From positions 382 to 64,381 of the forward strand of contig JBDSUW010000107.1 of the NCBI GenBank assembly GCA_039927535.1: a stretch of DNA of 64,000 nucleotides. Direction: 5' to 3'. The position numbers were made by a program, and so were the translations under genes. A model generated the notes under the pieces. That model saw nothing but the letters and a program-made list of their open reading frames with translations. It was not told where the DNA came from and did not search any database. This document shows, one piece after another, positions 38,354 to 48,900 of the stretch (position 1 is its first letter; every line of letters starts with the position of its first letter). Source of the DNA: Chitinophagaceae bacterium. GTDB lineage: Bacteria > Bacteroidota > Bacteroidia > Chitinophagales > Chitinophagaceae.

Positions 38354-38824
38354 TTATTTTTGTAATGATTGATAAACTAATTCCGGAAGAAACGGACTTG
38401 CATTTCCTTTATTCTTTATAATATCCCGGACGATAGTGGAAGCCACAGAAGTATATTTTGGCTCACCGGTAAGAAAAATTGTTTCTATAGAGTTATCCAA
38501 AGTACGGTTAGCATCTGCAATTGTTTTTTCATATTCAAAATCGCTGACGTAGCGAATACCCCGTAAAATAAACCTGGCTCCGATTTTTTTACAATATTCA
38601 ATTGTCAATCCTTCATAAATAGCTCCTTCTACCTTTTCTTCCTCTTTATAAATATCATTGATCCATTCCAATCTTTGTTCCGGAGAAAACATCGGCGCTT
38701 TAGCTGTATTGATACCAATACCTACAATGATCTTATCAAACAATGGAATTGCCCGGTTGATAATATCTACATGACCGAGTGTAACGGGATCAAAAGTTCC
38801 GGGAAAAAGACAAATTCTTGACAT
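38354..38824 (-). CDS. coaD: Pantetheine-phosphate adenylyltransferase
   Basis: FPGTFDPVTLGH and RGIR...DFEYE motifs. Confidence 0.96.
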   Translation of the reverse strand: MSRICLFPGTFDPVTLGHVDIINRAIPLFDKIIVGIGINTAKAPMFSPEQRLEWINDIYKEEEKVEGAIYEGLTIEYCKKIGARFILRGIRYVSDFEYEKTIADANRTLDNSIETIFLTGEPKYTSVASTIVRDIIKNKGNASPFLPELVYQSLQK

Positions 38825-38829
38825 AAGCC

Positions 38830-39756
38830 TTAATGATTTTGCGGACTTAGCAAATACAACACAGCCATTCTCACGGCCACTCCATTTTCTACCTGCTGCA
38901 ATATAATGGATTGTTTAGAGTCAGCCACATCGCTGTCTAACTCCACACCCCTGTTAATCGGTCCTGGATGCATTATCACAATCTCTTTATGCAATCCATC
39001 CAGCAATTTTCTGTTAATCCCAAATGCAAGACTATATTCCCTGAGTGAAGAAAATAAAACCTGGTTCTGTCTTTCCAATTGAATCCGCAAGACATTGGCC
39101 ACATCGCACCATTCCAATGTTTCCTTCAGGTTGTAACTAACATTTACTTCCAATGCTTCTTCAATGTATTTTGGAATTAATGTAGGCGGCCCGCAAACAG
39201 TAACCTCTGCTCCCATTTTTTTCAGCAAATAAATATTGCTCTGTGCTACACGGCTGTGCATAATGTCGCCAATGATAGCCACTTTTCGGCCTTCTAGAGT
39301 TCCTGTTTTCTCTTTTATGGAAAAGGCATCCAGTAATCCTTGTGTTGGATGTTCATTGATACCATCACCCGCATTAATAATAGCTGCGGGAATATGTTGT
39401 GCCAGAAAATGTGGTGCTCCGCTGGCACTATGCCGCATTACCACCATATCCACTTTCATAGAAAGTATGTTGTTGACAGTATCCAATAGGGTTTCACCTT
39501 TTGCTGCAGATGAACCAGATGCTGCAAAGTTTATAGTATCGGCACTCAGCCTTTTCTCTGCCAACTCAAACGAGAACCTTGTTCGGGTAGAATTCTCGTA
39601 GAAAAGGTTGACAATTGTAACATCTCTTAAAGATGGAACTTTTTTTACCGGACGTTGTAAAACTTCTTTGAATTGCTCTGCCGTGGAGAGAATTAATGAA
39701 ATATCTTCTTTGGTAAGATTTTTAATGCCAAGCAGATGACGAGTAGATAGTTGCAT
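38830..39756 (-). CDS. pyrB: Aspartate carbamoyltransferase catalytic subunit
   Basis: ENSTRT, NAGDG..EHPTQ, RIQ.ER and MHPGP.NRG motifs. Confidence 0.97.
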   Translation of the reverse strand: MQLSTRHLLGIKNLTKEDISLILSTAEQFKEVLQRPVKKVPSLRDVTIVNLFYENSTRTRFSFELAEKRLSADTINFAASGSSAAKGETLLDTVNNILSMKVDMVVMRHSASGAPHFLAQHIPAAIINAGDGINEHPTQGLLDAFSIKEKTGTLEGRKVAIIGDIMHSRVAQSNIYLLKKMGAEVTVCGPPTLIPKYIEEALEVNVSYNLKETLEWCDVANVLRIQLERQNQVLFSSLREYSLAFGINRKLLDGLHKEIVIMHPGPINRGVELDSDVADSKQSIILQQVENGVAVRMAVLYLLSPQNH

Positions 39757-39829
39757 TAAAAAGCGAAATTATAGGTTTTTGGTCACTAATTGCACGAATG
39801 ACACGAATAATATATAATACAAAAAAAAA

Positions 39830-40339
39830 CTAACCTGTTACTAATACCACTTCTCCATTTACCAATTTCACTTTGTCTGCTTTATTCGTTTGTACAACTT
39901 CACCTACATAATCTGCTTGTATTGGAAATTGACGGTGTTCTTTTCTGTCAATTAATACACAAAGTTCCACTTTAGCCGGGCGGCCATAATCCAATAAGGC
40001 ATCTAACGCAGCTTTGATAGTTCGGCCTGTAAAAAGTACATCGTCAATCAAAATCACTTGTTTGTTTTCGATGTCAAACGGAATGTTCATTATATCCGGA
40101 GCTAGTATTTCATTTCGAATATCATCCCGGTAAAAAGTGATATCCAGCTGCCCATAATTGATCTGATCTGTATTGCGTTGTTTCTTCAGCGAAGCGATAA
40201 TATCATTTGCTAGAATTACTCCTCCTTGTTGTATACCAAGAAAAACAACCTCATTGAAGGAAGGATGTGCCTCACTTAGCCGGTTGGCAAGTTTATTTAT
40301 TAAGTCAGCTAATTTGCTTTGGTTTATAATTGTTTTCAA
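39830..40339 (-). CDS. pyrR: PyrR-family uracil phosphoribosyltransferase/regulator
   Basis: LDITFYRDD, LIDDVLFTGRT..AAL and PIQADYVG motifs; TTG start; directly upstream of pyrB. Confidence 0.88.
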   Translation of the reverse strand: MKTIINQSKLADLINKLANRLSEAHPSFNEVVFLGIQQGGVILANDIIASLKKQRNTDQINYGQLDITFYRDDIRNEILAPDIMNIPFDIENKQVILIDDVLFTGRTIKAALDALLDYGRPAKVELCVLIDRKEHRQFPIQADYVGEVVQTNKADKVKLVNGEVVLVTG

Positions 40340-40389
40340 TGAAGAGCTTTTATACCTGATGATTGATTCTTACAAATATATTACAAAAC

Positions 40390-40417
40390 ACAAAGGCCGG
40401 GAAAACCCGGCCTTTGT
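40390..40417 (-). terminator. Intrinsic terminator after porin-family gene
   Basis: 12-bp stem ACAAAGGCCGGG-AAAA-CCCGGCCTTTGT. Confidence 0.8.
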
Positions 40418-40436
40418 AAAATAATATTTTTACTAT

Positions 40437-41042
40437 TTATTTTTTTGCTTCGCCACCTTTGCTTCCTCCAAATAAGAAAGAAACTCCTAACTGGAAACCA
40501 CGGTTTTTAAGTTCGCTACCTGCTGCCTCTACAATATTTGAAAGACCAAGATTGTAACGGGCATTAAATCCAAAACCAGAAGCCATTGTATAACCAGCAC
40601 CCAGTCCAACGCCAAAATCGGTACTCTTTAATTGGTCTTTAACACTAACAGATACACCAGTAGTTTCATCTTTAGAATCAGCTTTTAAAAGAAAGCCGAT
40701 TTGAGGGCCTAATTCAAAGTAAAGACCTTCTGTAGCATAAACCTGTGCCATAATAGGTATGTTCACATAATTAAGATTTAAATTTCCTGGTCCACCGTTA
40801 TCTTCTTTTGCGCCTTGAATAGAGAAAACAACTTCTGGCTGAACTTTAAACTTTGCACTTACAGGGATATTTACAAGACCACCAACATGAAGACCGAATT
40901 TTGAGTTTATATCTTCACCCTCAGCGTCATCACCACCAATGGTGTAGAAGTTTGCGCCTGCCTTTAAACCAAACCGAACCTGCGCCTGAGACGCTAAAAC
41001 TGTTGTTGTTAAAACAACTAATGCTAATAAGATTTTTTTCAT
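40437..41042 (-). CDS. Porin-family / outer-membrane beta-barrel protein
   Basis: FGLKAG.N, VQPE..FS.QG, LNY.NIP, GPQIGFL and ARYNLGLSN motifs. Confidence 0.85.
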   Translation of the reverse strand: MKKILLALVVLTTTVLASQAQVRFGLKAGANFYTIGGDDAEGEDINSKFGLHVGGLVNIPVSAKFKVQPEVVFSIQGAKEDNGGPGNLNLNYVNIPIMAQVYATEGLYFELGPQIGFLLKADSKDETTGVSVSVKDQLKSTDFGVGLGAGYTMASGFGFNARYNLGLSNIVEAAGSELKNRGFQLGVSFLFGGSKGGEAKK

Positions 41043-41356
41043 AAAATTTATTTTAATAGGTTTTGAAAGTGCAAATTTACTGTAGGTTTTTCATAAAGCG
41101 AAATACTTCGAAACAATTCTTATCCACTATTCACATTTAAAATGATTAAACCCCTAATTGTAGTCCTTTTACTAAGAAAAAACCCATTAAACGAAATAGT
41201 TGTAGTCATTTCGTACTGAAAATTTTGGTTTTATTTTATAGATCAGGCAACAATAATATGTTAGTGAACATAAAAAGCTTATAAAAGTTTACCAGCATAA
41301 AATATGCTATAAAAAAATAAACCCAACAGGGCTTAATAAAATTAGACTTGACTTTT

Positions 41357-41938
41357 CTACTTATTTTTTCCTTTGTGATTTGTAAACTGGTAGAAAACTC
41401 CAACCTGTAAGACCCGGTTTTTTGCTTCAAAGCTATTATCATCACTTACGTTACTTAAGCCAAGGTTATAACGAGCATCAATTCCAAAACCTGATTTAAA
41501 GATATACCCTGCTCCAAATACCCAAGAAAAATCTACTGAACTGAAAGAATTATCAATGTCAACTTCTACGTCGCCCACTTTTTGTTTGGCAGAAACCAAG
41601 AAACCTATCTGCGGACCTGTCTGTAAGCGGAATCCATCACTCACCATAAACTGCCCAATAACAGGAACGTTAATGTAATTCATTTTTAATTTTGAATTGG
41701 TTCTTTCACCACCCTGCATACTAAAAACAAGTTCCGGTTGCACTGCAAAATGTGACGTAACATGGATATGTGCCAGTCCTCCAATATGCAAACCGCTTTT
41801 TCCTTTATAATCAGTACCGTTAGAAATCTGAACGCTGGAAGAATTATAGCCTGCCTTAAGGCCATAATTAGTGTGCTGTGCTTTAACGAAATTTGTTAAT
41901 AACAATAGAGAACCCAACGCAAATAAATACTTTTTCAT
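41357..41938 (-). CDS. Porin-family / outer-membrane beta-barrel protein (tandem paralog)
   Basis: Same motif set as 40437-41042. Confidence 0.85.
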   Translation of the reverse strand: MKKYLFALGSLLLLTNFVKAQHTNYGLKAGYNSSSVQISNGTDYKGKSGLHIGGLAHIHVTSHFAVQPELVFSMQGGERTNSKLKMNYINVPVIGQFMVSDGFRLQTGPQIGFLVSAKQKVGDVEVDIDNSFSSVDFSWVFGAGYIFKSGFGIDARYNLGLSNVSDDNSFEAKNRVLQVGVFYQFTNHKGKNK

Positions 41939-42013
41939 AAAAATGATTTTAGTTTAACTATTTCACAATTTCAATTCACAAAGGCTACACCAAGCAAAAC
42001 CATGCCAAAGCAA

Positions 42014-42041
42014 CAATGCCAGTAATAAAATACTGGCATTG
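42014..42041 (-). terminator. Hairpin after pruA, probable terminator
   Basis: CAATGCCAGTA-N6-TACTGGCATTG. Confidence 0.65.
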
Positions 42042-42061
42042 ATATACTAAAATGAAATTAT

Positions 42062-43693
42062 CTATTCTTCTCCCATAAAAGGATAACTATATTCCGTTGG
42101 CGGGTTAAATGTTTCTTTAATTGTTCTTGCACTTAACCAACGGTAAAGATTCAAAATAGAACCAGCCTTATCGTTAGTCCCGGATGCCCTCGCACCACCA
42201 AATGGTTGCTGACCTACTACGGCTCCTGTCGGCTTATCGTTGATATAAAAATTACCAGCAGCGTTTCTTAGTTTCTTTACTGCCAGTTCCACAGCATCTC
42301 TATCTTGAGAAATTACTGAACCAGTAAGTGCATATGGCGAAGTAGAATCAAGCAAGTCTAATGTTTTTTCAAAACTGTTTGCAGGATAAATATACACGGT
42401 CAATACCGGACCAAATATTTCTTCACACATCGTTACATACTTCGCTGTCTTTGCCTGTATGATGGTTGGCTGCACAAACCAACCTTCTTTACTATCACAT
42501 TTTCCACCAACCCAAATTTCTGCCTTTGGATCTTTCTTTGCATTGTCTATATATGTTTTGATATTATTGAAACTCTTTTCATCAATTACCGCATTTACAA
42601 AATTGGTAAAGTCTTCCACTGTTCCCATTTTGAAACTCTTAACACCGGCAATCAGTTTCTTCTTTACTTCTTCCGCCATGTTGGAAGGAATATAAGCCCT
42701 TGAGGCAGCAGAACATTTTTGTCCCTGGAATTCAAATGCACCACGAAGCAATGCAGTCACCACCACATCCGGGTTTGCACTTTTATGTGCAATCACAAAA
42801 TCCTTCCCACCAGTCTCTCCTACTATTCTTGGATAAGTTTTATAAGTAGCCATGTTCTTGCCAATCGTTTCCCACATATTATTGAACACTCCCGTAGATC
42901 CTGTAAAATGTACTCCAGCAAAATCCCGGTGATTGAAACAGACTTTACCAATCGTTGGTCCATCCACATAAATCAAATTGATAACACCATCTGGTAAACC
43001 AGCTTCTTTTAAAATAAGCATTGTCATTTGTGCAGCATACACCTGAGTATTCGCAGGTTTCCAAACAACAACATTACCACACATTGCTGCAGATGTTGGA
43101 AGGTTGCCGCCAATTGCAGTAAAGTTGAAAGGTGTTATTGCTAATACAAAACCTTCTAGCGGACGATACTCCATTCTATTGTGAATACCCGGACTGCTGA
43201 TGGGTTGTTGTTTATATATCTCAGAAAGGAAATGAACATTAAAACGCAAAAAATCAATCAACTCACAAGCTGCATCAATCTCTGCCTGAAAAGCATTTTT
43301 ACTTTGTCCCAACATTGTACATCCATTAATATAAGGACGGTATTTTGTTGCCAACAAGTCTGCAGCTTTCAAAAAGATACCAGCACGGTTTTCCCAACTC
43401 ATATTTTCCCAGCTTTCCTTAGCAGCCAATGCTGCTTCTATTGCCTGGTGAACATGTTTTTCTTCACCAGCATGAAAATACCCGAGTGTATGTTTGGTTT
43501 CATGCGGTGGATGCATCGAAACTTTTTTTCCTGTTCTTACTTCTTTACTACCGATATACATCGGCACATCAACTTCTTCACTTTTTAATTCTCTCAATAC
43601 TTCCTTTAGTCTTTTCTTTTCGGAAGAACCTGGAGCATAGTTCAATATTGGCTCATTAACCGGCATGGGATAAGAAAATGTTCCGATACTCAT
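42062..43693 (-). CDS. pruA: L-glutamate gamma-semialdehyde (P5C) dehydrogenase
   Basis: PFNFTAIG, FTGST, GETGGK, GQKCSA, EEIFGP and QQPFGG motifs. Confidence 0.95.
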   Translation of the reverse strand: MSIGTFSYPMPVNEPILNYAPGSSEKKRLKEVLRELKSEEVDVPMYIGSKEVRTGKKVSMHPPHETKHTLGYFHAGEEKHVHQAIEAALAAKESWENMSWENRAGIFLKAADLLATKYRPYINGCTMLGQSKNAFQAEIDAACELIDFLRFNVHFLSEIYKQQPISSPGIHNRMEYRPLEGFVLAITPFNFTAIGGNLPTSAAMCGNVVVWKPANTQVYAAQMTMLILKEAGLPDGVINLIYVDGPTIGKVCFNHRDFAGVHFTGSTGVFNNMWETIGKNMATYKTYPRIVGETGGKDFVIAHKSANPDVVVTALLRGAFEFQGQKCSAASRAYIPSNMAEEVKKKLIAGVKSFKMGTVEDFTNFVNAVIDEKSFNNIKTYIDNAKKDPKAEIWVGGKCDSKEGWFVQPTIIQAKTAKYVTMCEEIFGPVLTVYIYPANSFEKTLDLLDSTSPYALTGSVISQDRDAVELAVKKLRNAAGNFYINDKPTGAVVGQQPFGGARASGTNDKAGSILNLYRWLSARTIKETFNPPTEYSYPFMGEE

Positions 43694-43726
43694 AAAATTC
43701 TATTTAAGTAGTAATAAATATTTTTC

Positions 43727-43779
43727 TCGCAAAGTCGCTAAGTCGCAAAGATAAACATTGCGCCTTTGCGGCTTGGCGT
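43727..43779. repeat. Inverted octamer arrays (3 x TCGCAAAG-like / 3 x CTTTGCGn-like)
   Basis: TCGCAAAG TCGCTAAG TCGCAAAG ataaa CATTGCGC CTTTGCGG CTTGGCGT. Confidence 0.8.
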
Positions 43780-43783
43780 GGAA

Positions 43784-44876
43784 TTAACTCTCAGTTTCTT
43801 TTTCGCTCATCAAATAAGCCTTTATAAATCCATCCAGTTCACCATCCATCACTGGTTGTATATTTCCCACTTCAAAATCGGTACGATGGTCTTTGATCAT
43901 TTTATAAGGATGAAAAACATAACTACGAATCTGGCTTCCCCATTCTATCTTTTTCTTCTTCGCATTCGTAGCATCTTTTGCGGCATTTCTTTTTTGCAAT
44001 TCCAGTTCATATAAACGACTTCGAAGCATTTGCATCGCCAATTCTCTGTTTCCTAACTGACTTCTATCTTGCTGACAAACTACTACGATACCTGTAGGTA
44101 AATGCGTCAACTGCACTTTTGTTTCAACCTTGTTTACATTCTGTCCACCGGCTCCTCCACTTCTTGAGGTTTCCATTTTTACATCGGCAGGTTTTATTTC
44201 AATTTGAATGGTATCGTCTACCAATGGATAAGCATAAACAGATACAAACGAAGTATGTCGTCGAGCATTACTGTCGAAAGGTGAAATGCGAACTAACCGA
44301 TGCACACCACTTTCGGCTTTTAAAAACCCATAAGCAAAAGGTCCGTCGAATTGTAAGGTACAAGTTTTTATTCCTGCCCCATCGCCCCACTGCCAATCCA
44401 GCTCGGTTACTTTCCAACCTTGCTTTTCGCCATACATTCTATACATCCGGGCAATCATTTCAGCCCAATCCTGACTTTCTGTTCCTCCAGCACCTGAATT
44501 TATTTGTAACACACAAGGCAATTCATCCTCCGGTTCATTGAGCGTAGCTTTAAATTCTGCATCATCTAATTTCACTAAAGAGAGGTCATAAGCAGACTGA
44601 GTTTCTTCTTCAGTAGCATCTCCTGCTTTCCAGAATTCGAATAGCACTGCAAAATCTTCAACAGATGCTTCTGCATCTTCATAGAGATTTACCCAATACT
44701 CGTTCAACTTAATGTTTTTAAGAATTTCGGTAGCCCTTTTGTTGTCGTCCCAGAAACCGGAACTTAACGAAAGCTGCTTGTCTTCATTGATTTTATATCG
44801 TCGGTTTTCGACGTCAAAGAAACCTCCTTACCCCGGCAATGCGGGACCGCATATCATTCAATTTTTCGATTGTCAT
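43784..44876 (-). CDS. prfB: Peptide chain release factor 2 with programmed +1 frameshift
   Basis: SPF and GGQ motifs. A short upstream frame [20 protein letters not shown] ends in AGGAGG-TTT-CTT-TGA-C (44828-44813), and the +1 frame DVENRRY... continues into the tracked ORF. Confidence 0.96.
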
Positions 44877-44938
44877 GGGCGCAAAGGTAACTGAAAGTAT
44901 TGTAATTATTTTAATTGTAGTTTTATGAAAACATACAG

Positions 44939-45958
44939 ATGAAAAATCTTTTACTTCCTGTCTTTTCGATTTTAGTTTCCATCTTTTCAAATGCTACAGA
45001 TAGAGATTCAACAACCCTATATAATTTACCAGATAGTATAAAAGCTGTTCTATTTATGGCCGAAGTAAAAGTGCTGGCAACTTCAGACAAAAAAGAAGTG
45101 TATACAGGTATTCAAACAGATATTGTTAAACTTTCTATTGAGGCTGAAAAAAAAGAAAAGGGGTTTGTATTTGAATTCCCGAAATCAGCCATAGTAATGG
45201 CAAGAGGATTGAATACAGATGTTCAGGAAAAAGGCGAAGTCTCTTTCAAGTATAACTGGACAGTGAATGAAGAATATAGATTATTGATTGCGCAGGCGAG
45301 TGATTCGGCCGGCAATTTTTCCTTATTCACCGGGTATGTTTTTCTCCCTAAAGTAAATAAATGGAAGCTGATCGGTACCTGTAAAGTTAATGGTCGCTGG
45401 AACAGTCTTCAGCAACCAACGAGCTTTTTTTCAACAAAAAAGAAATCAGGCTTTCAAACATCTTTCAATCAGCTATGGATTCAGCGGAGTAACGGTAAAT
45501 GGCATAATCTGAAAGAAAGTAATCTGCAGCCTCCAGTCATCAATTTAATGAGTCATACAGATAGTATACAACAAAAGGAGATTGAATTAAAGCTGATTAC
45601 TGATGCCATTCTTGCTGGTAAAACCGATGCTATTAATAACGAACAGAGCGTTTATTATTCTATAATGAAAGAAGGAACTGGTCGTCAGGTTTTATTAACT
45701 GATACAGTTACTGTTTTTTATAAAGGTTATATATTTGCAGATAATTCAATATTTGATCAAACAAAAGATAAGCCTGCTACATTTCCATTAAACAGACTTA
45801 TAAAAGGTTGGCAGATCGGAATTCCGTTATGTAAAGTTGGTGGTAAAATTAAATTAGTCATCCCGTCCGACCTTGCTTATAGTATCCGGACGAGGTCAGC
45901 CAAAATTCCTCCCAACAGTATTTTAGTTTTTGAAATTGAAGTAGTGGATGTAAAATAA
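44939..45958 (+). CDS. Exported FKBP-type peptidyl-prolyl isomerase with additional N-terminal domain
   Basis: C-terminal V.YKG...FD, LIKGW, IPSDLAY and IPPNSILVFEIE motifs. Confidence 0.88.
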   Translation: MKNLLLPVFSILVSIFSNATDRDSTTLYNLPDSIKAVLFMAEVKVLATSDKKEVYTGIQTDIVKLSIEAEKKEKGFVFEFPKSAIVMARGLNTDVQEKGEVSFKYNWTVNEEYRLLIAQASDSAGNFSLFTGYVFLPKVNKWKLIGTCKVNGRWNSLQQPTSFFSTKKKSGFQTSFNQLWIQRSNGKWHNLKESNLQPPVINLMSHTDSIQQKEIELKLITDAILAGKTDAINNEQSVYYSIMKEGTGRQVLLTDTVTVFYKGYIFADNSIFDQTKDKPATFPLNRLIKGWQIGIPLCKVGGKIKLVIPSDLAYSIRTRSAKIPPNSILVFEIEVVDVK

Positions 45959-45965
45959 TTGTTTA

Positions 45966-48900
45966 CTAATCTCCCACTATCACAAATGCTCCCCAATAAT
46001 AGGGCTTGTCATATTTTTCTTTAAGCTTTAACTGTGCGGCTCTGAAAGCTTTGTGTTTATTTTCCGATGTCGGATCTTTTAGCCATTCTTTATAAAAATT
46101 TGTCATTAATTCCTGTGTAGCAAAATCATCTATTACCCACAAACTCATTATGACGGATTTTGCCCCGGCAATAAGAAATGCCCGTTGCAATCCATATACA
46201 CCTTGTCCGTTCAGCAATTCACCAAGTCCGGTTTCGCAGGCCGACAAAACAACAAGGTCGGTATTAGAAAGGTTTAGTCCGATTGCCTCATATGCTGTAA
46301 GAATGCCATCTTCTTTTGCATTAGATGATAATGAATCTCTGGCTATTGCAGCTGCTCCTGCCAATATTACACCGGAACGCAGCAATGGATTTTGTTTAGC
46401 CACTTCACTCTGAATACCCATTACCTTTTCCGTATTACCTTTTACATCGCTCAGGAAAAAACCGTGAGTGGCAATATGCAACACTTGTGGATTGTTTACT
46501 TTTTTTATGGCATCTTCTGTTGCTGCCTTTTGCAAAAATTCCTCTATCGCCCAATTGTGGGTTGTCATTATTTTTTTAATAGAATCAGCCTCCGCTTTTG
46601 TACCGGGTAGTTCTTTTAATTCAGGAAAACCTGGAAGCCTTGTTTCCGATGGATTTGTATCAAACGATTTAACACCGTAATCAGGATAAGAAAATATATT
46701 TGCTTTTTTTGAAACGATGGATGAATGTTCCTGCAGAATATCTTTTGTATTGCTAACCAACCGTATTTCGGTTTCCTCCAGTACATATTTTTTTGTTTCT
46801 GGATTCTTCAATGTATTAAGATTCACCTGCTGATAGATACCATCAGAAGAGAAATAAATCCTACTTGCATTAACTAAATGCCCTTTTAGTGGTTTCCAAA
46901 ATATATTAAAAGAAATATTGTCTTCTATTTTGGTTTTAACAGCCCTGCGATAAACAGCGATATTATTTGTTTCCAGTTTTTTCCCGTTATTAAGCAGTAC
47001 AATCTTTGGAACTTTACAATCCTTATCTATTATTAATGCAGTATAAAAAACGGTATCTGTCCATCTTGCCTTAGTATAAAATTCAGTGCGGATAATTTCT
47101 ACAGCGTATTCACCTGTTTTCAATCCAGCTTGTATGTCATTCCAAGAAACAGTTTTGATTGCATCTTTCTTAAGATCGGTTTGTAATGCAATTGCAATAC
47201 GCTGCTCCAGTTCATTGGCCTGCAGTTCCAATGTGGGTATGTTGAATTCCTTTGTTTCGGCTTCTTCTGTACTAAGCCTGTAATGCTGCACAATGATTTC
47301 TCTTTTTTGCAACCAATCTTTATAATCTTTTTTTAAATCAGCATTATCCGTTGCTGCAATCTTTGCCCGGATATTTCCTGATTCCTTTAACAATAATGAT
47401 TTCAATGCAACCTGATTATTGTACATTCTTGCAATCAATGCATCATGGTTCTTTGCCGGGAAATCCAATTGCATTTGAATAACAAAAGAATTGAATGTTT
47501 CAAAAACAGCAGCAACGGCAAAATAAAAAGCAGTCTTTTCACTCTCACTCAAGTAAGGGAAATATTTTTCTATCAGTAACAAATACCCTTTCAGAGAATT
47601 TAAGTAATGCTTTTCGGATTCTGGATACTTGCCGGCTTCCCGGTAAGTTTCGGCAAGGTGATATTCTGTTTCTATATAATCATAATGATTCTCTCCAAGC
47701 TTATTTTTAAGAATCGTCAATGACTGTAAAGTAAGGGCAATCGCATCATCATATCTTTTCATGAGGCGATAAGTAGCTGCCAATCCACCTAGATAAACAC
47801 CATACTTATCGCTTGTTTCACCATATGTTTCTTTATATAACAATAAACATTCCTTGTAAGTTTCTTCAGCCAGTTTTAATTTACCTTGCATATTGTACAA
47901 AGTGGCAAGATTATTAAGCACATTGGCATAGAACCTGTGTTTCTCTCCCAATATTTTTTTGTAGATAGCTTTGCATTCCAGCAAATGTTTTTCTGCTTCA
48001 GGATACATGCCAATATGTGTTTCAACCAAAGCAAGATTATTAACTGCATTCGCATAATTAGGATGATCAGTACCTAAATATTTTTTCCGCAATTCAATCA
48101 CCTCTTCAAAAGCATACACCGCTTCCTGGAACCGTCCCATCGTACGATAAAGATCTCCAAGATTATTGATTGGGTTTGTATAATCAGGATGATTTGTTTT
48201 ACCAAGACGGATATAAACCGCAATTGCTTTTTTAAAAGATTGTTCTGCTCCGGCATAATTGCCCATTGCTATTTGTACCAATGCCAGGTTATTCAATGAA
48301 CTTGCCCTTTCATCAGAACCTTCACCTGTTAATGCAATAGCATTGATGAGATAAGACTCTGCTTTCTCATATTCACCCATATGACGGTACAACTCTCCCA
48401 GGTTATTTTCTAATATCTGTAATGTTTGCTTATGAGGCGATGGCAACGAGGAATGATAATTTTTCAACGCTAAAAAAATCTCTTCTGCTTTATCATATTT
48501 CCCAAGCCCTTGATAAATAACAGCCATTGAGCCTAATGCACCCAGGTAGTCATCACTGGTTTCCCCTAAAACTACTTTGTATACATTTACAGCAACGGCA
48601 CACATACTTTCTGCTTCTGCAAATTTTGCCATTTCAATATAAAGCGAGGCTAGCGTATAAAAACACCTGGTATATTCAATACTACTTTGACCAAAAACTT
48701 CTGCTAAAACCGGCAATGATTGCAGAAAGAGGGGTTCTGCTTCTGCATAATAGCCTTGTCCTTTATAACAAGCCGCCAGATTGAAGAGGGCTAAGGAATA
48801 ATGATAATCCTTCTCTCCCAATTTTTGCAATGCCTTTATCGACGCTTCTTTAAAATATTCGCCAGCCTTTTTATACTCACTGGTTTGATAATAAACAGAT

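Noticed and set aside
41115-41140. DnaA-box-like TTATCCACT/CTATTCACA
   Set aside because: Only two imperfect boxes, with no unwinding element or origin-associated genes nearby.
41991-42010. Sigma-54-like TGGCATGGTTTTGC upstream of the porin-family gene
   Set aside because: The GG-to-GC spacing is 9 nt rather than the required 10.
43784-44707. Apparently truncated prfB
   Set aside because: Explained by the programmed +1 frameshift; it is not a pseudogene.
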